In this document: positions 9,152 through 18,200 of the stretch, piece after piece
Layout of the letters: every line of letters begins with the position of its first letter
Numbering within the stretch: the stretch's first letter is position 1
Origin: Planctomycetota bacterium
GTDB taxonomy: Bacteria; Planctomycetota; JAFGQW01
Length of the DNA stretch: 64,000 nt
Direction: 5' to 3'
Assembly (NCBI GenBank): GCA_016935485.1
Contig: JAFGQW010000084.1
Span: 1,450 to 65,449, forward strand
Translations under genes and position numbers: made by a program
The notes under the pieces: generated by a model
The model's database searches: none
The model's input: only the letters and a program-made list of their open reading frames with translations
What the model was told of the DNA's origin: nothing

Positions 9152-10831
9152 ATGCTGTGGGAAACGCTGAGCGCGGCCCGCGACCTGGGGCGGTTGCACG
9201 CCATCGCCTCGGTGCTGGTCCGCTACGGCTTCAGCGACCTGGTGCGCCGCCTGGGCATGAGCCGCGTGCTCGAGAAGGCCGGCCGCGCGCTCCGCTGGAA
9301 GCGCCTGGAGCGCATGGCGCGGCTCACCCCGGCCCAGCGAACGTGCCAGGCTCTCGAGGAGCTCGGCCCCACCTTCGTCAAGCTCGGCCAGCTGCTCGCC
9401 ACCCGGGTCGACATGCTCTCGCCCGAGTGGATCGAGGCGTTCGAGACGCTGCAGGATCGCGTGCCGTTCGTGCCCTTCGACACCCTCCGGCCCCGCATCG
9501 AGGAGGAGCTCGGCACCCCGCCCGACGCCGTGTTCGCGAGGCTGGATGCCGAGCCGGTCGCCGCCGCGTCGCTCGCCCAGGTGCATCGCGCCTGGCTCGC
9601 CGACGGCACGCCGGTGGCCGTCAAGATCCGCCGGCCGGGGGTCACCCAGACGATCGCCGCCGATCTCAGGCTGCTGGAGCGGCTGGCGGAGATCGCCGAG
9701 ACGGAACTGCCCGAGTTCCGGCGGTTCCGGCCGCGCGAGCTCATGCGCCAGTTCGGCCGCGCCATGCGGAAGGAGCTCGATTTCTCCCAGGAATGCCGCC
9801 ACGCCGAGCGCGTGGCCCGGACGTTCCGCGAGGTGCCGTACTTCAAGGTCCCGCGGGTCTACTGGCAGTGGACCACGCCGCGCCTTAACGTGCAGGAGTT
9901 CGTCGAGGGCATCGCCGGACGGGATCTCGCGCGGGCGAAACAGAGCGGGCTCGACCCGAAGGTGCTGGCCGAACGCGGCGCCCGGATCGTGCTGAAGATG
10001 ATCTTCGAGGACGGCTTCTTCCACGCCGACCCGCACCCCGGCAACCTCTTCTACCTGCCCGACAACCGGATCGCGCTCATCGACTTCGGCATGGTCGGCC
10101 GCCTCACCGAGACCCGCCGCCAGGAGGTCGTGCGGCTGCTGACCGCCCTGGTGGATCGCGACGCGTTGGGCGCGGTGGACGTGCTGGCCGACTGGTCGGG
10201 CGAGCGCCCCGTCGAAACCGAGTCCCTGGCGGCGGAGATCGACGAGTTCATCGACGACTACCACGACCTCGCGCTGGGTCAGATCGATCTGGGGGCGATG
10301 CTGTCCGACATGATGCGCGTGGTCCGCGAGCACGGGGTGGCGCTCCCGCACGGGCTGGCGCTGCTGATCCGCGCGCTGATCTCGCTCGACGGCGTCGGCC
10401 GCCGCCTCGACCCGGAGTTCAGCGTCGTCGAGGCGGCACGCCCGTTTCTCCGGCGCACGATGCGGGAGCGCTACCGCCCGGAGGCGATCGTCCGGCGGGC
10501 CCGCCACAACCTGGCCGAGACCGTGGATCTGCTCATCGGTCTGCCGCGCGACGTCCGGCGCCTGGTCAAGGCCGCGCGGCGGGGCGCCATCCAGCTCAAG
10601 CTGGATCTCGGCCGCCTGGACCAGTTCGGCAAGCAGCTCGACCGCGCCGCCAGCCGTCTGACCGTGGGGCTGGTCACCGCCGCCATCATCATCGGCACCG
10701 CCATCGTGATGACCATGGCGAGCGGGCTGACGCTCTACGGCATCCCGCTGCTCGGCTACCTGGGGTTCCTCACGGCGCTGCTCGCCGGCGCCTGGCTGCT
10801 CGTCTCCATCTACCGCAGCGGCCGGGGATGA
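9152..10831 (+). CDS. ubiB: UbiB/ABC1-family atypical kinase (ubiquinone biosynthesis regulator).
   Basis: Internal Met of ORF 8291..10831. ABC1/ADCK motifs (ASLAQVHRA...VAVKIRRPG, FFHADPHPGNLF, DFGMVGRL). Two C-terminal TM helices. 559 aa. Confidence 0.88.
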   Translation: MLWETLSAARDLGRLHAIASVLVRYGFSDLVRRLGMSRVLEKAGRALRWKRLERMARLTPAQRTCQALEELGPTFVKLGQLLATRVDMLSPEWIEAFETLQDRVPFVPFDTLRPRIEEELGTPPDAVFARLDAEPVAAASLAQVHRAWLADGTPVAVKIRRPGVTQTIAADLRLLERLAEIAETELPEFRRFRPRELMRQFGRAMRKELDFSQECRHAERVARTFREVPYFKVPRVYWQWTTPRLNVQEFVEGIAGRDLARAKQSGLDPKVLAERGARIVLKMIFEDGFFHADPHPGNLFYLPDNRIALIDFGMVGRLTETRRQEVVRLLTALVDRDALGAVDVLADWSGERPVETESLAAEIDEFIDDYHDLALGQIDLGAMLSDMMRVVREHGVALPHGLALLIRALISLDGVGRRLDPEFSVVEAARPFLRRTMRERYRPEAIVRRARHNLAETVDLLIGLPRDVRRLVKAARRGAIQLKLDLGRLDQFGKQLDRAASRLTVGLVTAAIIIGTAIVMTMASGLTLYGIPLLGYLGFLTALLAGAWLLVSIYRSGRG

Positions 10832-10843
10832 CCGGCGCCGCCG

Positions 10844-11953
10844 TCACCCCTCGGCCCTTGCCAGCCGGAGCGGGCGCAGCATCTTGTCGCGCTGCGCCTC
10901 GGAGAGGACCACGTTCAGGTAGGTCGGCCGGTGGCCCTCGCGGAACGCCCACACCTGGAGCGCCAGGCCGCGCGGGAGGTGGTCGATCCGGTAGGCGCCG
11001 AGGTTGTCCGTGCGCCCGGTGATCTCGGACATCTCCTTGACGTAGCGGTAGCGGAACCGGCAGCGAACGCTGACCCCCTCGAGCGGCCGGCCGTCAGAAT
11101 CCGTCACCACGCCATGCACCGCCGCTCCGCGATCCAGCCGGATCTCGAGCCGGTGACGCTCGCCCGCGGAGCGGGGCTCCAGCGCGGCATAGCCGGGTGC
11201 GAATCCGTCGGCGGTCGCCTCGATCGGGAAAGGCCGCTCGCCCGCGGGAAGCAGGGGGAAGTGCGCGAACCGGAAGGTGCCGTCCGGCGCGGTCAGCACG
11301 GTCAGGAAGCGGCCGTGGAGTTCCCGGACCAGGGTGACGCGGGCCCCGCCCACCGGACCGCTGCCGTCCGCGGCCAGCACCACCCCCTCCACCTCGACGC
11401 CGGGCTCGAGCACGAGCTCCACCCGCTCGGTGGCGCCGTCGGCCAGGTCGACCCGGAAGCCCTCCGCCCGCGCCACGGCCGGAGCGAAGTCGGGATGGAA
11501 GGCCCCGAGCCGGTAATGCCCGCCGGGCAGGAAAGCGAAGGCGAATGCCCCGGCAGCGTCGGTCGCGACCTCGAGCTCGCCGCGGGGATGGGAGAGGCAC
11601 ACGCGCGCCGCCGCCACCGCGCGCCGCTGCGGATCGAGGACCCGCCCGAGAATCGCGCCGCCGCGCGCCGCGGGCGCCGGCGGCGCCCCGGGTTCAGTCC
11701 GCTCCCGCGCGGCCGCCCCGACCTCCGCCGCCACTGCCTCCTCCTCCTGGCGCGCCGCGGGCCGGACCGGCGGTATCGGGTTGGCGGCCCGCGGAACCGC
11801 TGGCCGCGCGCCACGCACGAGCGGCGCGGACGGGGACGGCGCGGCCGGACGCGGAGATCCCTCCTCCGCGGGGCTCGACAGGACGACCAACCCCGAGGCG
11901 CCCAGCAGCACGGCAAGCGCCGCAGCAATGACGGAAAAGCGGGCCTTGGACAC
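10844..11953 (-). CDS. Secreted or membrane-anchored protein with repeated carboxypeptidase-regulatory-like (CarboxypepD_reg) beta-sandwich domains and a Pro/Ala-rich linker.
   Basis: 369 aa. N-terminal signal anchor (FSVIAAALAVLLGASGLVVL). Three repeats of the pattern G-x-V-x-D-x-x-G-x-P-[LV]-x-G-[AV]-x-V. Confidence 0.6.
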   Translation of the reverse strand: MSKARFSVIAAALAVLLGASGLVVLSSPAEEGSPRPAAPSPSAPLVRGARPAVPRAANPIPPVRPAARQEEEAVAAEVGAAARERTEPGAPPAPAARGGAILGRVLDPQRRAVAAARVCLSHPRGELEVATDAAGAFAFAFLPGGHYRLGAFHPDFAPAVARAEGFRVDLADGATERVELVLEPGVEVEGVVLAADGSGPVGGARVTLVRELHGRFLTVLTAPDGTFRFAHFPLLPAGERPFPIEATADGFAPGYAALEPRSAGERHRLEIRLDRGAAVHGVVTDSDGRPLEGVSVRCRFRYRYVKEMSEITGRTDNLGAYRIDHLPRGLALQVWAFREGHRPTYLNVVLSEAQRDKMLRPLRLARAEG

Positions 11954-12316
11954 GACCTTCTCCCGGGTACGGCGGCTCCGGGCCGACCTCCGCTTTTTTC
12001 GACGCTACGTCCACGCCGCCTGCAGCGCCGCATCGCGACGACGCAAGGGCATCTGGCAGAGCGACTTGGACCGGGTCAACCGGCGCGTCGATCTCCCTGC
12101 GAGAAATCTCCGGCCCGCTGCAACGTCGTGGCCGGCTCGGCGGTTTCTAGCCCCCGGAAAAGGAGACTCGGGGACCGGCGGGAGTCCTTCGGATCGGCAA
12201 CCGGCGGAACGAGGGGAGATCCGGCCCTGATCCTGCTCGCCCGGGCTCGGGGCGCGGATCTCCCGGGGGATTGCCGGTCCGCGCCCGCGACCCCGCATGC
12301 GCCTCTTTCGCGGGCT

Positions 12317-13783
12317 CTACTGCTCCAGGATTGCGGCGCGCTCGGCCTCGACGGCCTGCCGCTCGGCCTCGGACAGCTCGCCGGCGGGATAGTCTCCCGT
12401 GAAGCAAGCGGTGCAGAAGGCCCGGATCTCGCGGTTGCCCGCCCGCGCGGCGTCCACCATGGCGTCGACCTCCTGGTAGAAGACCCGGTCGGCGCCAATC
12501 TCCGCCGCGATCTCCTCCAGGGTGTGGTCGGCCGCGATGAACTCCTTCCGGGTCTGCATGTCGATGCCGTAGTAGCAGGGGAAGCGAATCGGCGCGGAGT
12601 AGGACAGGAAGTAGACCTGGCGCGCCCCGGCTTCGCGCGCCAGCCGGACGATCTGCCGGGAAGTGCTGCCGCGGACGATGGAGTCGTCCACGAGCAGCAC
12701 GCGCTTGTCCTCGAACTCGAAGCGGATGGCGTTGAGCTTGCGGCGGATGTTCTGCTCGCGCTGGAGCCGGCCGGGCATGATGAAGGTCCGGCCGATGTAG
12801 CGGTTCTTCACCAGCCCCTCGGAGTACTTCACCCCTAGCTCGGTCGCCATGGCGGTGGCGGCCGGACGCGCGCTCTCCGGCACCGGGATGATCACGTCCA
12901 CCTCGATGCCGGTCTGCTTCCAGGCGCGCGCCAGGCTGCTGCCCATGCGCGTGCGCGTCTTGTAGACGCTGATGCCGTCGATGACACTGTCGGGGCGTGC
13001 AAAGTAGACCTGCTCGAAGATGCACGGCCGGGGATCGCCGGGCGCCACCTGCCGGGACACCATGCCGCCCATCGCGTCGAGGAACACCGCCTCGCCCGGC
13101 CGGAGGTCGCGGGCGCCCTGGAAACCGAGCAGATCCAGGGTGACCGACTCGCTCGCCACGCAGTGCTCGACGCGCCCGCCGGCCGAACGGCGCTCTCCCA
13201 GGATGCAGGGCCGGATGCCGTGCGGATCGCGGAAGGCGAGGATCCCGTGACCGGCGACGAGCGCCACCACCGAGTAGGCGCCCTTGACCCGCGTGAACAC
13301 GCCGCGCACCGCCCGGAACAGGTCCTCGGCCTTAAACGCGCGATCCGCGCGCGTCACGACGCCCTTGTCGAGCTCGTCGGCCAGCACGTTGAGAATGACC
13401 TCGGCGTCGCAGTCCGAGTTGACGTGGCGGCGATTGTCCCGGAAGAGCTCGGCCTTGAGCTCGCGGAAGTTGGTAACGTTGCCGTTGTGCGCCAGCGCAA
13501 TGCCGTAAGGCGCATTGACGAGAAACGGCTGGGCATCCCGCCCTTTGCCTTGGCCGACCGTCGGATAGCGCACGTGGCCGAGCCCGAGTTGGCCCGTGAG
13601 ACGCCGCATGTGCTTCAGGCCGAAGATGTCGCTCACCAGCCCGAAGCCCTTCTTCAGGTGGAAGCGGTCGTCGAAGGTCACCATGCCCGCCGCATCCTGC
13701 CCCCGGTGCTGGATGGAGATGAGGCCGTTGTAGAGATCGTGCACGACGTGGCCTTCGCCCCGGATCGCGATGATGCCGCACAT
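12317..13783 (-). CDS. purF: Amidophosphoribosyltransferase (purine biosynthesis).
   Basis: N-terminal MCGIIAI (Ntn Cys1). PRTase motif (VLLVDDSIVRGSTSRQIV). Fe-S cysteines (CTACFTGDYP). 488 aa. Confidence 0.96.
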   Translation of the reverse strand: MCGIIAIRGEGHVVHDLYNGLISIQHRGQDAAGMVTFDDRFHLKKGFGLVSDIFGLKHMRRLTGQLGLGHVRYPTVGQGKGRDAQPFLVNAPYGIALAHNGNVTNFRELKAELFRDNRRHVNSDCDAEVILNVLADELDKGVVTRADRAFKAEDLFRAVRGVFTRVKGAYSVVALVAGHGILAFRDPHGIRPCILGERRSAGGRVEHCVASESVTLDLLGFQGARDLRPGEAVFLDAMGGMVSRQVAPGDPRPCIFEQVYFARPDSVIDGISVYKTRTRMGSSLARAWKQTGIEVDVIIPVPESARPAATAMATELGVKYSEGLVKNRYIGRTFIMPGRLQREQNIRRKLNAIRFEFEDKRVLLVDDSIVRGSTSRQIVRLAREAGARQVYFLSYSAPIRFPCYYGIDMQTRKEFIAADHTLEEIAAEIGADRVFYQEVDAMVDAARAGNREIRAFCTACFTGDYPAGELSEAERQAVEAERAAILEQ

Positions 13784-13907
13784 GGAAACCGCACCTCAGG
13801 AGGACGGAGGGGAGGAGAAACCCCTGCGCAAAGGGGATCTATAGCCCAGCGGGCGCGGCCCCATCAAGGCGAGGCGGGCCGGCGGCGCGCGGCCAGGGCC
13901 GGGCCCG

Positions 13908-16553
13908 TCAATGGACGCGCCCCGCGGGAACCAGGTCGAAGCTCGAGCGATCGCCGTCGGCCCAGAAGCCGATCTCGTCCACCGCAGCCTCCCCCGCGCG
14001 AGCGAACGCCACCTCGAGCGTCCGCGCGGCCCCGGCCGCACCGCGGCCGCGGCCCTCCCGCTCCACGTAGCGCCCGCCGGTCGGCGGCAGGGCCAGGCGC
14101 TCGAGCTCCTCGCCCGCGCTCCCGCGCACGACCAGCGCGCCCTCGACCGTCGCGCGGTAGCGGATCGCGCAGCGATAGGGCCCCGGCGCGGCATCGGCGC
14201 ATTCCGCCCGGACCACGACGCCGGTTCGCCCGGCCGCCAGCACCGCGACGTGGAGATCGCGCGCGGCGAGATCGCCCTGCTTCTCGCCGGCGGCGCCAAG
14301 CCATGTCGCGCCCTTGAAGATCGCCCACGGACCGCGGTCGACCCGGCGCACGCCGACCAGGAGCTCGTGGCCGGCCACCCCGGCCGGAAGGACCGCAATC
14401 AGCCCGCCCTGCCACGCCCCCCCCGGCGCCACCGCATCGACCGTCTCCTGCCCGACGAGCGCGCGCAGCGCTCCTTCCGGCGAGCGCGTGAACAGGAACA
14501 GCTCGGGGCGGTGCGCCGCCGCCGGGTCCCGGTTCCTGAGGGTGAGCCGCACCTGCACGCGCTCGCCGGGGCCCGGCGCGGCCGGCGTGACGTCCACGGA
14601 AGTGAGCGCGATCCACGCACGTTCGATCCAGACCTCCGCCACCGCCGCGGCGGCGCCCGCCCGGCAACGGAAGCACAGCTCGAGCTGGCCGTCGTCGGCG
14701 ATCGCGCCGGAGGGCAGCGAATACGCGAGCTCGCGCGGCCGGAACGTCAGCGGCACGGGCCCGTGGAGGCGGTGCGCTCCCGCCCACAGCTCCTGGTAGG
14801 GCACGAGGCCGAACTTCCCCGCTTCGTGCCCGCCGTAGTACGTGACGCGCACCTGGCAGGGCTGACGCAGGTCGAGATCGCGGTAGCGGAAGCGAAGCTC
14901 CGGAGCACCCCACGCCACGTTCATCTCGGGCACCCGCGCCGTGGAGTAGGTGCCCCACGGCTCGTAGTCGCCGCTCCGGCCCGCCTCCCGCACGAGATGG
15001 GGCGCGGTCCGCGGATGGCCGGCGTCGTCGTAGCGCAGCACCTCGCCGCGGCGGAACTTCGCCTTGGCCGGATGGTAGTGCGGCAGCACCTCGAACCGCA
15101 CGACATAGACCGTGGCGAGCAGCGGCAGCGCCGCAAGCACCGGCGCCGCGATGCGGAATGCCGACACTCCCACCACGCGCCGCACCCCGGCCACCCCGAG
15201 CAACGTCGCCGGCAGGAGGACCGCGTGCAGGTCGCGGCCGGACGGCTGCTGGCCGAGGAGGCTCCAGACCAGCAGCGCCGCGAACGTGACGGCCACCGCC
15301 GCCAGGGCGAACAGCAGCGTGCGCCCGTCGAACCAGCTCAGAGCGGCCGCTGCTTCTTCCTCCTCGTCCGCGCCGGCGGCGGGAGGCACCTCGCCGCCCC
15401 TCGAGGCGGCCATCACGCGGGGATCGTCGGAGAGCACGAAATGCTCGGGCGACGCGAGCCGCGCCGGCGGGCGGCGCCCGCGGCACCAGGCGCGCCACCG
15501 GTCGCGCACCAGCAGCAGAACTCCGCCGGCGGCCACGCCTCCCAGCGCGAGGAAGACCAGCAGCAAGGGGCGGGAGAGGGCGAGCTCCCCGCCGCCGAGC
15601 TCCCCGAGATACCCGCGGACCAGACGCGCCGCGCCGTGGCCGAGGGCGCCTTGGTCCATGGCGAACCCAAGTGGCCGCTCCGGCCCGGCCGTCGTCAGCA
15701 GGAACCTCGGCACAAGCCCGTCGCGGGGAGCGAGATCGGCGAAGCACCACCAGCCCGCGACCGCGACGGCCGCGAGCGTGATCAGCGCCACCGCGCCGTT
15801 CCAGACGACGGCCGGGCGCCACGGCCCCACCGCGGCGAGCCCCACGGCGACGGGCAGCAGCAAGGCCGGGACCAGACCGCTCGGCCGGGTCATGACCGCG
15901 GCGCCGAGCACGAGTCCGAGCAGGACGGCGTGCCACGGCTCGGTCAGGAAACGGCCCGCCAGCGTGCGCACGTAGAGGGCGTAGGCCAGCGTGCCGAGTG
16001 CGGCAACGGCGATGGCATCCGACGCCACCGCGGCCGACAGGACCACGCCCGGAAGGAGCGCCCAGCCCACCGACGCGGCCACCGCGCGCCGGTGCACGCC
16101 GAGCGCCCAGCGCGCCCCGAGGCAAAGCCCGGCGAGCAATACCACGCCGAACAGCAGGCTCACCGCCCGCAGGGGATAGATCGGACTCGGCACGAGCTCG
16201 TCGCGGTCCGCGCGGCGCACGTACTCGATGTCCGTGCGGTAGGGACCGGGCAGGAACGAGAGGCGGCGAACCGCCTCGAGCCGCGGGCTCGCGGGGTCCA
16301 GACGGCCCGGCGCAGCGAACCTCAGCGCCGCTGCGCCCACGAGGTGGTACAGCGAGGGCGGACGCGGCGCGGCGAGCGGCGTGGCGGCGGCATCGGAACC
16401 ACCGGGGCTGTGGAGCCGGATGGCCCGGGCGAGGTGGGCGTCCTCATCCGGGCCCGCGCCGGCCGGGATCGCCAGCGCGAGGTAGCCGCCGAGCAGGACC
16501 AGCGCCAGGAGAGCGGCCGCTGCAAGAAGGCGAGAGACAGCGCGTGGGCTCAT
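13908..16553 (-). CDS. Large polytopic membrane protein, GT-C-fold glycosyltransferase-like (ArnT/PMT_2 family-like), with a ~350-aa C-terminal extracytoplasmic domain.
   Basis: 881 aa. About 12 predicted TM helices. First-loop acidic motif (GPDEDAHLARAIRL) resembles the DE/DD motif of ArnT/PMT enzymes. The soluble C-terminal domain has no recognisable family. Confidence 0.6.
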   Translation of the reverse strand: MSPRAVSRLLAAAALLALVLLGGYLALAIPAGAGPDEDAHLARAIRLHSPGGSDAAATPLAAPRPPSLYHLVGAAALRFAAPGRLDPASPRLEAVRRLSFLPGPYRTDIEYVRRADRDELVPSPIYPLRAVSLLFGVVLLAGLCLGARWALGVHRRAVAASVGWALLPGVVLSAAVASDAIAVAALGTLAYALYVRTLAGRFLTEPWHAVLLGLVLGAAVMTRPSGLVPALLLPVAVGLAAVGPWRPAVVWNGAVALITLAAVAVAGWWCFADLAPRDGLVPRFLLTTAGPERPLGFAMDQGALGHGAARLVRGYLGELGGGELALSRPLLLVFLALGGVAAGGVLLLVRDRWRAWCRGRRPPARLASPEHFVLSDDPRVMAASRGGEVPPAAGADEEEEAAAALSWFDGRTLLFALAAVAVTFAALLVWSLLGQQPSGRDLHAVLLPATLLGVAGVRRVVGVSAFRIAAPVLAALPLLATVYVVRFEVLPHYHPAKAKFRRGEVLRYDDAGHPRTAPHLVREAGRSGDYEPWGTYSTARVPEMNVAWGAPELRFRYRDLDLRQPCQVRVTYYGGHEAGKFGLVPYQELWAGAHRLHGPVPLTFRPRELAYSLPSGAIADDGQLELCFRCRAGAAAAVAEVWIERAWIALTSVDVTPAAPGPGERVQVRLTLRNRDPAAAHRPELFLFTRSPEGALRALVGQETVDAVAPGGAWQGGLIAVLPAGVAGHELLVGVRRVDRGPWAIFKGATWLGAAGEKQGDLAARDLHVAVLAAGRTGVVVRAECADAAPGPYRCAIRYRATVEGALVVRGSAGEELERLALPPTGGRYVEREGRGRGAAGAARTLEVAFARAGEAAVDEIGFWADGDRSSFDLVPAGRVH

Positions 16554-16690
16554 GCGATCGGTTCAACCGTCGGGCAGTCCAGGCGCCGCCGCGCGCCCGG
16601 CACCGGTCGGGTCGAAGGGTACGCGGGCCGCGGCCGGAATGCAACCCGCGATCGCGGCGCCCGCCCGCGCCGGCGCGGCGCCCCGCCGGC

Positions 16691-17833
16691 TCATGCCCGC
16701 CGCACCGCCTGGAACCGCTTCGCCATGCGTTTTTTCACCTCGAACCACCGCATGCGCGCCTGGCGGCGGTAGAAGTCGAAGTTGCGCGGCTCCACGGGAT
16801 TCTCGTTCACGAGAAAGCAGTTCTGGCAGAAGACGTTCAGCTTGCCGGTGTGGAACTGGCGGCGAAGCCGCCGCATGGCCGGCCCGTTCCAGATGCGGCG
16901 CATCGGCTCGCGGAGCGCGTCGCCGAGGTAGATGTCCGTCGGGTAGCAGCACGGAAACACCTCGCCGCCGTGGTTGACTCCGATACTCTGGCCCACGAAC
17001 CAGCAGACCCCGTCGTGGCGGAACTGCAGGAGCGGGGGATCCTCCGGCCGCGGCGGCGGATCGGCGATCACGTTGGGGTAGCCGATCTCGTGGAGGATCA
17101 CCGTCTGGTTGAGACGGCGCGCCTCCGCCGCAGTCTCGGCGACGATCGCGTCGAGCTCGGCCCGCGGCATGGCGGTCAGGATGTCCTCGCCTTCGAGGCC
17201 GGCGTGGGTCTTGAAGACGCGCTGCACGTGCAGCAGATCGAAGCCGAGCTCGCGCACGAAACCGACGAAGGCCGGCAGGAACCGCACGGTGCTCTTCAGG
17301 ATCGCCGCCTGACAGTGGTAGACGAAGGACTTGCCCTCCGCGTCCAGGATCGCCTTCATCATGCGCAGGTTGTCCACCACGCGCTCGTAGCTCGAGCGGA
17401 CCCGGATGCGCTCGTAGCCGTCCTTGTCGGGACAGTCCATGGAGACGTGCAGCAGATCGAAGAGCGCGCGGCTCGCCCGGAAGCGCTCCTCGGTCATGTT
17501 GAAGCACGAGGTGAACATATCGATCTTCACCTGGTAGTGCGCCGCGAGTGCCACGATCTCGTCGAAGTCGTTGATCAGCGGCTCGCCCGCGGCGGTCAGC
17601 ACCACCTTCCTGGCGGCCGGAAAGAGCTGGTGGCAGATGCGCTCCACATCGCGCAGCTTGACGGCGTGGATGGGCACCCCGGTGTGGTGCCAGCAGGTCA
17701 CGCACCGCAGGTTGCAAGCATTGGAGTGGTTGAGGTTCACGATCTCCGGCAGGCTCCGGAACACCTCGCGCTTGTCGCGCCAGTCCTGGCGGAGCCGGCG
17801 GCTGTTCTCGGCCTTGTATTCGAGGAGATCCAT
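16691..17833 (-). CDS. Radical SAM enzyme with a C-terminal SPASM/twitch-type auxiliary Cys cluster domain.
   Basis: Cx3Cx2C motif (CNLRCVTCW) about 40 aa from the chosen start. C-terminal Cys-rich segment (FPCCYPTDIYLGD...CQNCFL). Start chosen at the internal ATG (MDLLEYK), which has a GAGGAAG RBS. The ORF-track ATGATG start at 17932 has a poor RBS. 380 aa. Confidence 0.82.
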   Translation of the reverse strand: MDLLEYKAENSRRLRQDWRDKREVFRSLPEIVNLNHSNACNLRCVTCWHHTGVPIHAVKLRDVERICHQLFPAARKVVLTAAGEPLINDFDEIVALAAHYQVKIDMFTSCFNMTEERFRASRALFDLLHVSMDCPDKDGYERIRVRSSYERVVDNLRMMKAILDAEGKSFVYHCQAAILKSTVRFLPAFVGFVRELGFDLLHVQRVFKTHAGLEGEDILTAMPRAELDAIVAETAAEARRLNQTVILHEIGYPNVIADPPPRPEDPPLLQFRHDGVCWFVGQSIGVNHGGEVFPCCYPTDIYLGDALREPMRRIWNGPAMRRLRRQFHTGKLNVFCQNCFLVNENPVEPRNFDFYRRQARMRWFEVKKRMAKRFQAVRRA

Positions 17834-17965
17834 ACGCACTTCCTCGACCCGGGAATCGTCGAGACCGCGGACCGCCGACTCGTCGCCGGGATCGAGGTCT
17901 CCCCGGCGCCGCGGGGCAGGAGGCTCCATCATACTCCCGGTGCCGCGAAAGGGCCAGGACGGGGC

Positions 17966-18015
17966 TGTGCGGGGGTCCGGGGTCAGACCCTGTGCGGGGG
18001 TCCGGGGTCAGACCC
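17966..18015. repeat. Perfect tandem direct repeat, 2 x 25 nt (tgtgcgggggtccggggtcagaccc), in the divergent intergenic region. A third partial copy (cgtcagaccccgggcgg) follows.
   Basis: Read directly at 17966-17990 and 17991-18015. It lies between the radical-SAM start (17833, minus strand) and the GT-C gene start (18201, plus strand). Confidence 0.6.
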
Positions 18016-18056
18016 CGTTCCGAAGCGGAACGGCGTCAGACCCCGGGCGGCCTGAC

Positions 18057-18138
18057 CGCGGGCGCAATCCGCCCGCGCCACGCAGCGCGCGCCCTTCGCG
18101 CGCGACACCCGCACCCCCGCGGGCGCAATCCGCCCGCG
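18057..18138. repeat. Two copies of a 22-nt palindromic element (cgcgggcgcaatccgcccgcgc) about 60 nt apart. They flank a CG-alternating palindrome (gcgcgcgcccttcgcgcgcg).
   Basis: Each copy can form a 7-bp GC stem (cgcgggc/gcccgcg) with a 7-nt loop. Located 60-140 nt upstream of the 18201 start codon. The exact edges are ±2 nt. Confidence 0.5.
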
Positions 18139-18200
18139 CTGTGGTATGCTGGCGCGCCGGAATCCGGGTCGGGGTGATCTCGCTGTGACGGCGGAACGGT

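Noticed and set aside
12250-12316. Possible stem-loop (gcccgcga...tcgcgggc) just after the purF stop.
   Set aside because: It could be an intrinsic terminator. But the 17-nt loop and absent U-run make it unconvincing. Left uncalled.
16554-16690. Short gap between the GT-C gene start and the radical-SAM stop, inspected for a precursor-peptide ORF.
   Set aside because: There is no in-frame start with an RBS giving a plausible 30-80-aa peptide. The 66-aa ORF 16444-16644 overlaps the GT-C start and is Arg/Pro-rich.
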